Made by a program: the position numbers and the translations under genes
Assembly: GCF_964355755.1 (NCBI RefSeq)
Contig: NC_092678.1
Location: 18,679,365-18,743,364, forward strand
Length of the DNA stretch: 64,000 nucleotides
Source of the DNA: Antedon mediterranea
Lineage: Eukaryota > Animalia > Echinodermata
Reading direction: 5' to 3'
Notes under the pieces: generated by a model
The model's input: the letters and a program-made list of their open reading frames with translations, nothing else
Database searches by the model: none
What the model was told of the DNA's origin: nothing
In this document: piece after piece, positions 38,990 to 53,900 of the stretch
Position numbering within the stretch: the first letter of the stretch is position 1
Layout: every line of letters starts with the position of its first letter

Positions 38990-41900
38990 GTAAAGCGTTA
39001 TGGTTATACACAATATTAATGTTTTGTGTGGATCTTGATTAATTGTCTCTATCTAAAATTACGTCAGCAAAATTCAGAAAATTGCTCGAAAAATACGATC
39101 GGTTTTCAGCGATGTTTGAGACCCTATATTTAGGGGACTACAAGTAAGATTGCCATAATCTTTTCTTTATTATAAAGTGCATAATTTGATTTAAAAATAT
39201 TAACTTTTAAGTTTCCATCGTTATCCTTAATAGAAGAAACGAGCCAATCAATCATTCCCAGTGGCGTTTCTAGAAAAATTAGCAGGGCAAGTTAAGCCGC
39301 CGCCAGAAAAGCATTGAACTTTTTATTAGTTCTTTATTAATTGTACCCCGGCCGCGATTTTTTTTTCGTACATAAGTTGGGGACCCCTCATGAAACGTCA
39401 CAAAATAGACATGAATAATTCATCAGTTAAAATTGTTGTTCCGTGTGCACCCAAGCGTATAGCAACAAGAAGTGATTACACAACTGCGATATACGATTCT
39501 TTCTACAATAGGCCTAGGATTCTAGGTCAATTCACGTGATTGCCTTCGCGCACTCTTCTTCACACACACGTCCACTATGCAAAATGTGTCGAGGCCAATC
39601 GACAGCTAGGCAAGACATTAAACTAAGTAGTAATTGGACATAGCCCAAAGAAAGCTTAGACCCACTATTTTATTATCAAACAATATGCATGTACTCAAAG
39701 GAACTTTAAAAATGCGCGTATATGAACACATGAGATGGGAAGATTAGACCCACGAGAATAAAAAATGTATTTTTGAGTAATGTTATTGTTTAATTTTGCT
39801 GACTTATTACTCGGACTGTGTCATACCTAACTATGCTACTACTAGAATAGACATGGGTTTAGAGACTAGTAATTAGGCCTAATAGTATCAATAGAAACTA
39901 TAATTTTAACACGTAATTCTTTAGTAATAAATTATATTAAAAACACCATAAACTAAAGGCTAATTATTTCGTCAATCCACACAAAACGCCGCTATTCTAA
40001 TATGAAATCGCACGCGGCAACCACAGCGGAGATAGGCCTAGAATCGTACCGCACTTAACTTGTGTAAACTGTAATCACTTCTTGTTGCTATACGTTTGGG
40101 TGCACACGGAACAAGAAAATTTAACTGATGAATTATTCATGTCTATTTTGTGACGTTTCATGAGGGGGTCCCCAACTTATGTACGAAAAAAAAAATCGCA
40201 CCCCGGCCATTGAAATTCCATTGTCACATAGGCCTACGTTATTATCCTATTACCAGAATTGTTCAATGTTTCATTTTAACGTTGCATTCAGGCTGTCGTG
40301 AAGGTTCCTTCTTGCGGTTAAAAGTAAAGAAAACCGGAAAATAGCATTGGTTTGACTTTGAGGCTGGAATTTGCAAATTGTTTGGCATTGAGTATTCTGT
40401 ATGCATCATAGTGTAGCAGTAATGTAGTTTAGTTTTGGATTTGCCATGTAAGACTAACCATTAGTTATATTTTATCCACACCCTCCAAATCATACAGTGT
40501 CGGATTCCTGCCCAGAAGGATGGTTTTTGTTCGAAGGCAGTTGCTATTCAGTTGAAAAAAGAGCTAACTGGACAAGAGCTAGAGACAAGTGTCTTGAAAT
40601 AGATGCCTACTTGGTTGTGGTCGGAAATCAAAACGAAAATGACTTTCTTGTTACTCTAAAATATTCAGATGCAAAAATGTGGATAGGTTTGTCAGATATG
40701 AAGAACGAGACAGATTATATTTGGGTCACAAATGAAAGCAGTCAGTATAGAAGTGAGTGTTAATGTCATATTTGTATCACTTGTAAATGGGTATCACGGT
40801 GAATAGTTGGCATTTCACGAGACACACGGAGGAGGAATCATTGATGGCATTGGTTTTTATTAATTCAAATAATTTTTCTTTTGGATGATCCAAATGGAAT
40901 AAAACTGTAAGTTTAAAACCGTTACTTTACTTGAGTAAAAACGTACGTTTTACGGTTTTATTCCCTTTGGATGATCCAAAAGAAAAATTATTTGAATACT
41001 ATACAGAGATCCAGATGAACCTTTTTACTAAGGTTTTTATTAACGTGCGATAAAACATGACTTTGACACAGAGGGTCATGTGGTCATACCCTACACCATC
41101 ATATGGTTAGCAATTAGAATAGGCACATAGGCCTAACCTCCGATATTATATTAACATAAAATAAGGTGACAAATTGGACAGGTTGGCAAGAGCTTGAGAT
41201 ACTGTAGGTTTATAAAATATACATGAAAACAAACCTCTAATTGGTGTAATATAGTGTTGCGTTGTTATACTAATGAAGACTCTTACTCGCTTAACTGTCG
41301 TAACACATATTGTTTATTCAGTATAAACTTCAGTACAATATACAACTATAAGTATAGATAAGGAACGGAGGATTAGTGATGCTGTCGGTGAGGTGTGAAG
41401 TGTGTAGGTCTGCTTCTGGAGAAGTGGCTGTAAGGTGTGTGCTCCGTGAAGTGGCTGTAAGGTGTAGATGTTCTTCTGAAGAAGTGGCTGTGAGGTGTAG
41501 ATGTTCTTCTGAAGAAGTGGCTGTGAGGTGTGTCTGGGCTCTTCTGAAACTTGGGGTATATTGGCTTCGGTTCATTTGCATATGTCACTACGTAATCTGT
41601 GAGGGTAACGATTGGTCCTAAGTTGATCCAGAGGTGTTTAAGTGGGAGTGATTGATCTTATCTGGGGAGGTTACAATGATGAATTGGGCCTGTCGAATCT
41701 CTGCTTCAAACTGTCAATATCTAATTGTTTTACGATGGGAACAGTCACAAAATTAAGCTAAGTGTTTTCTTTAGGGATTCTATTATAAACTAAATGGTCA
41801 TTAAAACATCTGGACAAACTCTCCTCTGGACTTTCTGGGCCAAGTTCGTGAACTTATTATTTAAATTCTGATACAAAGGTCGATTTCTTAATTATAAAAG

Positions 41901-44900
41901 TATTTCGTTATATTACATTGGCAATGATAAAATGTAATCTGATGTGTTTTGTTTGTCAACAGATTTTGATTCTGGTGAGCCAAGTAATTCTAGAAATGAA
42001 AACTGTGTATGGATTAAGCCCGGAGAATCTGGAAAATGGAATGATGTCAGTTGTGATGTTGAAGCGAGCTTTGTATGTGAACGTAAGTGAAGATTATTAT
42101 TTTCAAACACATTAACAGGTTAACAACTATCGCGGTTTTACTAAACAAACAATAACGTTGGTTACTAGTAAGTAATAAACTAAACTAAATTTATTGTAGT
42201 CTTCGCAAATATTGATGGATTGAAACTAATACTAATCTAGAAAATATAGCAAATAGTTATTTAAAACATGCTTTAAATAGTAATAGTTTCTGACAATTTT
42301 ATTTTCAACTTTTGCCTGATGTTGTTGTTATTGTCGTCCAGATCATTTCAATTAGTATTTACTCTACAACTGGTGCCAACAACATTTATTCAGAAACAGT
42401 TCAAAAGATAAAAGCAGCATACAATAATTTACAATAACTTAAAATATGTCAAACAAGTTATCATTTTACTAATAAAACTTGTCGAAAAGCTTTCTATACT
42501 CTAGACTACCTACAGTTTAATAATTCAATATTCGAGAAATTATCTTTAACAAAATGTTTTCTTTGCTGTTTACCTTGATTGTTTACCATTTTATCTCTTT
42601 TTTTTAAATATTGTAGTTTGTTATCGTATATTTGTTCATGTTTGTTTTGTTATTAATTTTTGTTTGGGTTAACCTTGGCATTTTGCCGTATTGGCCGTCC
42701 ATAACACACTTCTGAATCTGAACGAATTTTGTACAATCAATCTTTTTTCAAAGTAGTACAAGTTTCTGCATTTTATTCATAAAGGCCATCATTAAGAAAG
42801 TGGATGTAAAACATGGATCAGATTTATTTTAAAATGTTTGTGTTTCCGTATTCACAAAAAAAATGTTGGCTTTAGGCCTACCGGAAAACATTTTTCTTGT
42901 GGCGGCTCAACTTGGCCTAATCCTTTCATTTCACACCATGTCTTGCACACCAGCCAGTTGAGAGTGCTTATAAAATACGACTGTTCTATACTTACTGTAT
43001 GAACATTGTGGTAGGACCTGAACATTGTGTGGTACAAATATGTTTTGGAGGAGGTGGACAATTTCTCCAACTATTAACAGTATCAGCTTAGTTTATCTAT
43101 AGTATTGAAAGCAGTAGATGCCAATTTGGTACAGGTAAAGCGTTACGGTTATACACAATATTAATGTTTTGTTTTTCTTTTATTTAGACCATTAAAAATG
43201 TCTCTAAATGTCTATCTAAAATTACGTCATCAAAATTCAGAATATTGCTAGAAAAATACGATCGTTTCATTGATGTTTGAGACTCTATATTTAGAAAACT
43301 ATTAGGAAAGTATGATTGTCATAATACTTTTCTTATTATAAAATGCATAATTTGATTTAAAAATATTAACTTTAAATTTTCCATCGTTATCCTTAATAGA
43401 AGAACCAAGCAAATCAATAATTCGCATTTGGCGTTTCATAGAAAAATTAGCAGGGCAAGTTAAGCCGCCGCCAGCTTGTCCTGCTTTACAACACTTTTTA
43501 GATATTTGCTGTAGGACCTGACACACATGTGTGGTAAATATTGTTGGAAAATTCTTAACAATTAATGTTATCATTCTGGTTTATCTTATAGGAGGATGTC
43601 ATGAAAGCAAATGCCAAGAAGAAGAAGTTACACAGCCAACAGGTAAAGCATTTTACAACAATTTATGTGGATTTGTAAATTTGTATGAAGACTTAATTCT
43701 TATTATTTTATAATACAATTTTAACTTTTCGATGAACCAATTGTCAAGTAGGCCTACTTACTTGCTACGTTTAGTCTATATTCTCAAATGACCCTGAGAT
43801 GATCTTCTGTCAGTCGTCATGGCCCGGTGATTTGCGCCATCACTCCCCTGGTGTTCAACGTTCTGCTGTTGTCCCCCTCTTAGTATTACCAAAACCAAAG
43901 AGATAATAATAAGATTTATTGTAGTAGAATGTATAGACGATTAAGGGAACTGAGGTTAAAATAATCGCCCAATATAAATATTTGGGTAGTATAATAAAGT
44001 GGAAATCTAACTCTCTTGATTTTCAAGAAAGCATTTTAAAAACATTTTAGAAAACTCAAGGAAATTAGAGTTGAATAAAATGTTTATCTTTTAGCATTGG
44101 CCTTTTTATTAGTTCTTTATTAATTGTACCCCGGCCATTGCAATTCCATTGTCACATAGGCCTACGATTTTTATCCTATTACCAGGATTATTCAATATTT
44201 CAATTTAACGTTGCATTCTGGTTGCCATTTATTTTCATGAAGGTTCCTCTTTGCGGTTAACAGGGAAGAAAACCGGACAATAGAATTGGTTTGACCTTGA
44301 GGTTGGAATACACCTTATAACCCGTTATGGTTGTGTTTATCAGGTTGTTCCTGGTAGTTAGGACTTAGTAGGCCTATTAAATTCGTATTGGAAAGTAGGT
44401 CTATTGGTAAGGGTTAAGAGTTCCCAAACAAGAATATGTGTCCAGTTTGCTATACTAGCGCTAGCAAATATGATTACAATTTTCCAGGAAAGACCAGGGG
44501 TGGATTGCTATAAGCGGTCTATAAACAGTCTTAGCGCTTAGCCGGCTATAATTCGTGACGTAGAAAGTAGTCTTTAATATATACCACGGTCTAACCTGTA
44601 AGTGGTCTTTAAAATTAAAGCCTACTTGAAGGAGTCTTAAAACAGTCTTAAACCTCTTTTTTGTTGATTTTACGTCTTATTAGACAACCAATTAAACGAG
44701 TTGTAAATGTTAAATCAAATACTTACGTTGAATTAATTCTTATAAAGGCCTAGAATAGATTTTCTCGAAATGAAATGTATGTAGTGTTTTTTTATTGCGA
44801 TTTGAACAAGCGTGACGAAAATTACCTTATTTGGTATTTTACGCGCAATGTACGCCCTCAATTTGTTACTTTACGTGGTCTTAGCTAAGACTGTTTTATA

Positions 44901-47900
44901 GCAATGGTCTAACAGGGTTGGCTTTAGTAAGACCGTCTATCTGATCAAGTCGGCTTTAATCGGAGAGTTAAGACCATCAGTTAAGACTGTTTTATAGCAA
45001 TCCGCCCCTGGTGGTGTAACTTAAAGAAAGAAGAAAATACTCTACATCAAAAACATTGCTCCGTGGCATTTTAATTCAGATGATTATAAGTAAATCAATT
45101 TTTAATAGCAGGATACTAAACGGCTCCGGCATCCTGAAAAAGGTAATCCACTTTACATACAAATGTTACACTGTTGTAGGCCTACACAATAGCTTTTTGC
45201 GGACACCGTCAGTTCCCATTAAATATCAATCATCTACTATACTGGGAAGAGGTTTTGTAGCACAATTTTAACATACTCATTACACTGATATGTCCGATTC
45301 TCACTTCCGAGGTAAAGATGTGATAGGTTTTGTACAGTATATATACCAATTATATCTACTTTAAAGGGAAACAAGGTTGTTATGTATACTTTGCTTGTTA
45401 ATGTGTATATTTATCAGTTATGTCTTATTAGCGGACAAAAATGACAACATGGAAATTATGTTGATATCTTATCTATTTCAGTATTTAGTAATTATGTGTC
45501 TAAACGCACTTAAATGAACTTACTAATCATGGATGTATGATTTATTTTACAGATAATATATGTACCACAGATCCTTGTGAAAATGGTGGCATCTGTTTCG
45601 AGCTTTCTGATACTCAAACTGTAACAAATAACTTTTACTGCGCATGTCCTCCTGGTTTCCGAGGTCCCACATGTACAGGAGTAATCGGTTTGTGTGTTTT
45701 TTTTATATTATCATTTAAAGGACAACATTACCAACAACCATATTTTGACAACGTAAAAGAGATGTACATTTAATTTCAGAACAATTGCAAAATTTACGAT
45801 ATCGCCGCGTTCGCTCGCCGTACAGCCGTCGCCGTAAATTGATGTGACGTCAAGTGTGATTAGCAAAATCTACTTCATGAGTTTCAATGTTTTTATCATA
45901 CAAGAGACCGTTACCCGTCATTTCAATTTCTAATTTTACCTGCATTAGGCTTACATTTACCAAAATATTCAGTATGTTATTTTGAAGAAACACTTTAATA
46001 TCCAGAAAATGTACAATAAAACAACTTAGCATTTGCATCTTTTACGATTTATTTAAAAATTTGCAAAATATGGTTCTTTGTAAAGTTTTCCTTTAACAAT
46101 TTATTATCTATTTAATACTGACTCTGAAGTCTAAACTATCAAACAACAACTTTTAAAATACTGCGAAGATACGATGGCGACCAAAGTAGACTCGAATATG
46201 ACTCGACTCGGAATCGCGAAAAGTATAATGTCGGTACAGGTACGTTATGAATTGGTACATTACAACTCAGGTGTATGACTTAGGTACAATATTACTCGGG
46301 CAGAGTATTACTCGGGCAGAGTATTACTCAGGCACAGTATTACTCGGGTGGGTACAGTACTGGTACTGTATGACTCGGGTGTATGACTTCGGAACAATAT
46401 TACTTGGGTTATTACTCGGGTACAGTATGCCTCGGGTACTGTATGACTCGGGTGTATGACTCGGGTGTATGACTTAGGTACAATATTACTCGGGAAAATT
46501 ATTACTCGGGCACAGTATGACTAGGGTACTGTATGACTCAGGTGTATGACTTAAGTACAATATTACTCGGGTACAGTATGACTCGAGTACTGTGTGACTT
46601 CGGTACAGTATGACTCGGGTACAGTATGACTCGAGTACTGTATGACTCGAGTACTGTATGACTTGAGTACTGTGTGACTTCGGTACAATATTACTCGGGT
46701 ACAGTATGACTTGGTACAATACAACTCAGGTACGACTTCGGAACAAAATGACTCGGGTATAGTATGACTTGGTATAATACGACTCAGGTACGACTTCGGT
46801 ACAGAATTACTCGGGTATAGATGACTTGGTATAATACGACTCGGGTACGATATCGGTACAATTATGACTTGTTTAAAATGTTGATTAAATTATTGCTTCT
46901 GTAATTATTATTCAAATTGTTATTATAGTTGGATGTGGTCGTAATGAGTTCGCCTGTAAAAGTGGCGAGTGTATCTCACTTAGCAAGATGTGTGATAACG
47001 TGCCGTATGACTGTGCAGATAACTCTGATGAACCAGACGAATGTCAAAGTAAGAAAAACAAATGTTAGACCTGACTCTACGAGTGTTATTTTATTAACTT
47101 GTCTATTACCAATGGTACCTGTTTCAGAAATCCTGGATCTGCCACTGAAACCTAGATGCTATAAATTTAAATATCTGTTTCTTTAATAGAAAGAGAATGT
47201 AAAGATTTAAGTCAACTTCTGGACACGATGACAGCAAGATGTGCTGATGTTAAAGAACACAACGTCTTTACATTTGAAGGCTCAGACTCTCCACACATAT
47301 TTCGTTTCAATGTCAGAAGATACTATTTTCCAGAGGGTCTAAATACAATAGGAAAGGTATAGATTTAAATTTGTTCAATTACATTTTCGAAACATTTTTT
47401 GGATATCCAAAAAATGTTCATATCTGTAAAATTACACTCGTTTCACATGCACAGCACATCGACATTCTCCGGGATAAACCCGAGACACAACGCTCTTTTC
47501 ATCCGGCAGCTAAAGAAAAGTCTTCTGCAAACAAATTGTATCGCTAACAGTAAAGGCCAACCTAATTGTTGGATTATTGTTTTAATGTGTTTATGTTTTT
47601 TGTATAGTACATTATGAATAATGGTATTTTAAATATTGCAATTTTTTCAATAGATAGATTAGTTTATATTATGTAATGCTCATTTGTCTTTGAACAAATA
47701 CAGAGATATTTAAATTTCAATTCAATCAGGATAAATTGAAAATAATGAAATAGTCCACAGAGCTCTGATCTTCATGAAATAGCGCTATAATGTCGCATTA
47801 CATTACATTATGATTTTAAATTCCTACTTCCATTTATTTAATGTAACCTACGTTTTTTAGTCAATAATAAATATTAAAAAAAAACAGTAAAAAATTATTT

Positions 47901-50900
47901 TGATTTCACAAGATTGAAGTTAATATTTCTTCATCTGTTGGGAATAAGATAAGAGAGGACGGAACACTGTTTGTAGCCTTATTGCCATCTGAGCCGAACG
48001 TCTTTGAAATACCGGTTATTCATTTCAGGGTAAGATAATTATTAAGTAATTGTATTCTCTATAAAGTATTCCACAAACTGCATGGTTTGTTTTATATTCT
48101 TCGTCTACTGTCCTGAAGCGACAGCTCGTTACAGGGGAATGAAACAAACCATCATATTCCGATTGATGTTATATTTTTTCTCACCTGACTGTTTGTTTAA
48201 GTAGTAGAGGTTTTTAATTTTACAATAACAACAATAAATAGGTTATACCAAGGAGGAAAATGTGTTTTTCCTCCTTGATTATATCCTATTTATTCTCAGA
48301 TAACACATTAAAATATAATGGATTAGGTATGAATGGTTTTTCTCTTCTACATTTATTTAGATAACCCTATATATTGTAACGATAATGCTAGAAATTGGAG
48401 GAAAAATCTAAGTTTTTTACACATTTTGTTTTACTATTTTCACTTCATTACCGCTATCATAATCAATATATTTATATAAATACTAATTGTTTAAATATAC
48501 CGTAAAGATAAAGCGAGGAAAATCAGAGTTGAACTCTTTAAACTTAGTTTTATCCAAATGAAAATTAAAAATAAATGCTATGTTTTACATGTTGCTAAAG
48601 GACTAGTGATGAATATATGCCTACAGTGTTTCTGTGGTTTTTTTTTCAGGTATATTTGGAACACGACAAGAAAGAAACGGTCTTCGAAAAATTACTGTCG
48701 GACATCCACAGTTTTGATCGAGATGGAGTACAAGATATCTGGTTTTCATTTCTTCCCGATGGCGGTACTAAGCACATATTGCTTCCACCGTTAAGCTTAA
48801 CCCTGACAACAAGGTCGTTTATAGCGGACTGTAATGACATTGAACGTACATGCCTTGACAGATACGCGGAATGGGCGCAAGTCAGTGAGGAGTTAAAAGA
48901 ATACGATTGTGGAGTGACTTCAATAAACACTGCTGTTGAACCGTTATATAAGCAATGTATCGGTATGTACAGGTAGAAGTTACATTTCAGTATTCTACTG
49001 TCTTTGTTCTCTGTATTATTACAATAGATCCACTCAATTTGGTCACCCCTATTAATGGGAAGCTTTACTGCAAAACTAGGGAAAATATATGTTAACAGTA
49101 CGGCTAACAAGTACTAAAGGAGCATTCATATAAATAGGATGACGGCACTCGTGTGTGTGAACAAATTGTTGATTCAAACCCTTATAAAGGACAATATATT
49201 CATGGTTTATATGGATATAAAACGGGTCTTCATAATAATTTTATACTTTCCCTGGTTTTGTCCAATGCTTGAGAGATTTCGTGGGGATGAGCCAATATAT
49301 AGGCCTACACAAAAAAACAAATTTGGCCCTTGAGTAGTCATTGACATTCGTATCTTCCTAAATTAATATTTTAAGTGCAAGGGGAATGTCCCTGATGCTT
49401 TCCCCAATATCACCATATTTACCATTTGCTGTAGGATCAACAGTTTGATTTTATGTTAATATAATAGCTATTTTGTTTTTTTTCCTTGAAAACAAATTGA
49501 ATTGAATCAATGTATGTTATTTACTACATAACTTCTATTTTCTTATATTAGTTGCACCAATTATTACGTCAATCAGTAGTTCCATGATTATCAATATCAA
49601 AGAAAAAAGCATCATATTATTGTATTGTGTGGCGTCTGGAGTTCCAGCAGCAACTGTCCAATGGGAAACAGTTAATGATGCAGGCGAATACATACCTGTC
49701 ACAGAGCCATCTAACACTCAGTCAGTTTACGAAATAACGGATATTTCAGCAACAACGTAAGTGTTACCAGCGACATTATTATGCGGTTTAATCCATCCCG
49801 AACATACATTTAACATTATTTAAATTTAAGTTTTTGCTATATATTTTTGTCCACAAGTAATTGTTTTTACCGTACCATTATTCTAGATATTCTTGCCTTG
49901 TTAAAAATTTAGCAGATACAATACGCAGTGAAAATGTAGATATTTCGATAGAAGGTAAGTATAATTACTTAATTCATTTATTTAACAAAAACGATACAAA
50001 AAATAAAAATAAAAATACATTTTTTTTACTCTTTACTTGATGCTTTTTTCCACTTGTTGTTTGTATGAAGTGAACAATTATGAGCCTTTGATTTGCAACG
50101 ACAGGAGACCTAGAACCAAAACAGTTTGTGTTAGTGTTATTTGCTCAATGAATTACGCCAAAAAGAATACGCGAACGTTTTTGTGACGACCGTAAACTTT
50201 TAAATTTGCTATGTTTGAAAAACATAATCCAATGTCGTCATCTAGACCAACACAATGACAAAGTTCGATCTGACTACAACCAACAACTTGATAACCATTG
50301 TCAAACAAATCCAAAACGCATGTACATAGCAAAATATCACGGTGTCATAGGTTATAAGCTGAAATCTCTCTAAAGTAATAATAGTGACGAACTATCAATA
50401 TTCGCGCGTAAAACACCACCATCAGCACATTTTAAATCAGTTTTATTCAAGTGTACGTCATAATACAATTACCTCATTCATTATACCCTTTTCAGACAGT
50501 TCCTGCACTGATCGCAATGCAACAACTCAACGTTTTTCAGAATCGTTGCCAGAATGTTACAATACGACTATTGCCAATATCATACCAACGCCTCAACCAA
50601 CGCCTCAACCAACGCCTCAACCAAATGAACTTGGAGACCTCCCTAAATTATACATTGACACTTTTGTTCAAGGCTCCGTTTTGTACAGTATATCATTTTC
50701 TTCATCTAACATTTTCATTGTTAAGGAACCCGCCTTAGAATCTGAAGGGGGTTCTGGAGAAGGAAGTGATTCTGATTACGTAATTATCTCCTTAGATATG
50801 ACCATATTGAGTAAAAATACAGGCTTTGCCATTTATGCAGAAACGTTTGGCAGTATAATAATTACTCCTGAAACAGAAACCTTTCTAATTGAATTGACGT

Positions 50901-53900
50901 TTGATCAACCAATCAAAATCAACAGCACGTCTACGTATGAGATCAAGTTGACTATTCGTTCTGATACATACGTTAACATGTTAAACGAAGCAATCTCAGT
51001 GAATGGTGTTACTTGTGATAAAAGCTTACCAGAATGTTTGAGATTCTTGAGTGACTGGAACAAAGTTGTACTAGATCAGGTTAGTGCTGGTTGCAATCAG
51101 ACAGACGTCAAATTTATAGCATTCACACTTTGCATTGGAGAGTTCTTTGAAGGTATGTGGACAAATAAATAGTATTTTTTTCTAAAAAAGAAATGACTTT
51201 CTTGTATTTGCAATTTTTTATGTTAATACACGTTACTAAATGTTTTAAAGGCCATGTGCGGACAAAACATTTATATTGATCATACATTCCAATAATTATC
51301 GATCTATAGTTTCCACTGTGTTTCATAATTTTTGGGATTTTATTTGTGTTACACGAGCTTGTTGAAAATAAGCACTTTCTTATCAGTGTGGGGATAGTTC
51401 AAAATACACAATAAAATCTCAATTTTTTCGTACACAAATTTTGTAAATAGAGAAGCATTTTAAAAAGCTATGAAAAATAAACAGTGTGGTAAAAAATGTT
51501 ATCAGATGACTAAATAATTATAGGTAATATAACTTGAATTTTACATTTCTGGTAATTTTATTCAACTTCAGATTTTTATTTTCATGCTATAGCAAAAATT
51601 ATCCACCGTATATCCACCATATTTTTTCACCTTCTAGGGAGTCACCAGACATGTTATTACATTAGGTTAAACTACCTAACTACTGAAAAAAAGTCTTCCT
51701 GGTTTTTATGTCAGAATTTTGCCAAATTTTTTATTTGACCATATTAAGGGAAATTCATGTTTTTTCGTCTTGATTTCTGTTACAAATATTTGATTTATGT
51801 ACAATTAAACAAATATTATATTTAAAATTCATGCCTGTATCTGAGCTTTAAAAAACAAACGCATGCGCATGCTTATTTATTATTTCCTTCTACTATTTGT
51901 GATTCAAAATAATACGTAAATAACAAGAGCTCAGTAATATTCGCTTAGTGGAAAACAGTTTAATCAATATAGTTGATATTAAGTTTGTATTTTGTTTCAA
52001 TCAATTTTATTTTAGATCCTGAACTCGTTCGTCACCCAGAATCACACGTTGCTAATGTTGGAAAAACAGCTACATTGGAATGCAATATAGAAAACGTAGA
52101 GTTTTACGAATGGTTTAAAAACGGCGACCGTATCCCCAGTGGTGCTAATAGTCCTGCTTACAACGTACAACTAAAACAAGGCCAGAATCAGGGTGATTAC
52201 GTCTGTTTTGGATATAGATCTCAGGATAGGAAAGAGGCAAAATCAAACCTTGCAACCGTACTAATCACAGGTAAGTCTAGTGTTATGCAATGTTTCTAAA
52301 CAAATCCGTTTTCTATATACCGTAGGCCTATTAAAACTTAAAAAGAGAGATCAGTGAACATATCATTATGTAGGCCTAGGTCCACTTGTAAATCCATTTA
52401 AACTCAATGCTATTTTCACACTGCTATCTCTTATTACTTTTTCCTGCTCCAGTGCATTATAAAAATTGAAGATCGTGTTAACGGTAATGATGTAGCTCAT
52501 ATATTGTATGCCCATTGTTTTACAAAAATGAGGATCGTGTAGGCCTTTTACCCAGACCAATCTGCTCGAGGCGGGAACAATTGACCGCACAATTTCGGAA
52601 CTGCGTGTACATCACGTGCATATTCGATGAAACTGCTTCTTGTTTAACATTCCATTACTCGTTGGTATTAGTATCTTCTTATATGGTTGATCTTGACATA
52701 TCTTTCGTACATTTTCATTAGAGTTGTCAACTTTTAGAGCACTTGCTAGATTCAACATTGTTTTCGAAGATGACTTTACAGACAGAGAAAGTTTGGCGTT
52801 CAAAGGATTTGCAGATGTGTTGGAAGCTAATGTAGGTTTCCTACAATTTCCTAAAAATAATTATTACTTACTTTATTTTTAACTTTCGTTTTTACAAAAA
52901 AAAATGACGTAACGAATTCCTGATTCTGCTAACAGTTTATTTATTTTATCGATAATAGTAAAATGCAATTATTTTTGTGTCAATTAATAAAAATATAAAA
53001 TGGGAACTACATTACAACTAATAAATATTTTTTAGATATTCATTTTTATTGGTGGTGTTGGAGGGCAAACTATATTTTGGCTTAACTATTTATCTTACAA
53101 TACTATAGTAATATACAAAATGTGTGCATTAACATATTAACGTAATGTGTTGTATGTGTATTGTAATTTTTAAGTTATGTGTCTATCTTATTTGTAATTT
53201 GTAATTTTTATCTTTTATTTTAAAATGTGTGGAGAAACTAATAAAACAAAGAAATAAAACAAACAAACAAACAAACAAACAAACGTAAAACATGAATAAA
53301 ATGTATTTCAGTTGTCTGCAAGTCTGCATCAATCATTTGAATTCTTCGTCAAGAGTCTTAAACCCGGAAGTGTTATTACAGAAATGGAGTTATACTTCAA
53401 CAAAACACAAAATGCGACCACATACAGTTCGATGATAACCGATGCTCTGCGAGTGTATAATACGGACCCTGAATCTATTGTTGTTACAAGTATATGTAAG
53501 TACTTAAATGTATACAAATAAGCTAACGACAGACTATATAGCATATATTAGAACAATAATATACAAAGGCTAGAGCAATAAGATAAGATTAGATTTTTAC
53601 TGAAAAACATTAGATCAATTAGTCAAACTTAAACTAAACATAGGTCATAGTTCATCAAGGACATACTGCAGTCAACCTTCTGGACGTCTGAAATGGATAG
53701 CAGGAATAATGCATGAGATATCAGACCTTTTTCCTAAATATAAACAAAAATACCATATCATGAGCCAAGCCGTTTGCAGATACCCTTTGGTTGGCCCTAT
53801 AACTTGTTGATCTCTGCCTCATGCTCTATGTATATATAGCGTCCTCTAAAATGTCCTTCCCATATTATTTCATGAATTATTCATATTAATTTCTACTTCA

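Larger units (their letters stand above)
38252..40369 (+). repeat. Segmental duplication copy 1 (promoter, exon 1 and intron start of gene B)
   Basis: Aligns with 42445-44310. Relative to copy 2 it lacks ~43474-44090 and carries an extra 846-bp MITE. Confidence 0.85.
42445..44310 (+). repeat. Segmental duplication copy 2
   Basis: Shared blocks such as cacaccagccagttgagagtgcttataaaatac, ccatcgttatccttaatagaagaa, agaaaaattagcagggcaagttaagccgccgccag and tttttattagttctttattaattgtaccccggcc. Confidence 0.85.

Noticed and set aside
41330-41621. Repetitive ORFs (HLTATSSEE etc.)
   Set aside because: They lie in tandem repeats inside a solo LTR.
46247-46719. ORFs across the 16-17-bp array
   Set aside because: Minisatellite translation with no protein features.
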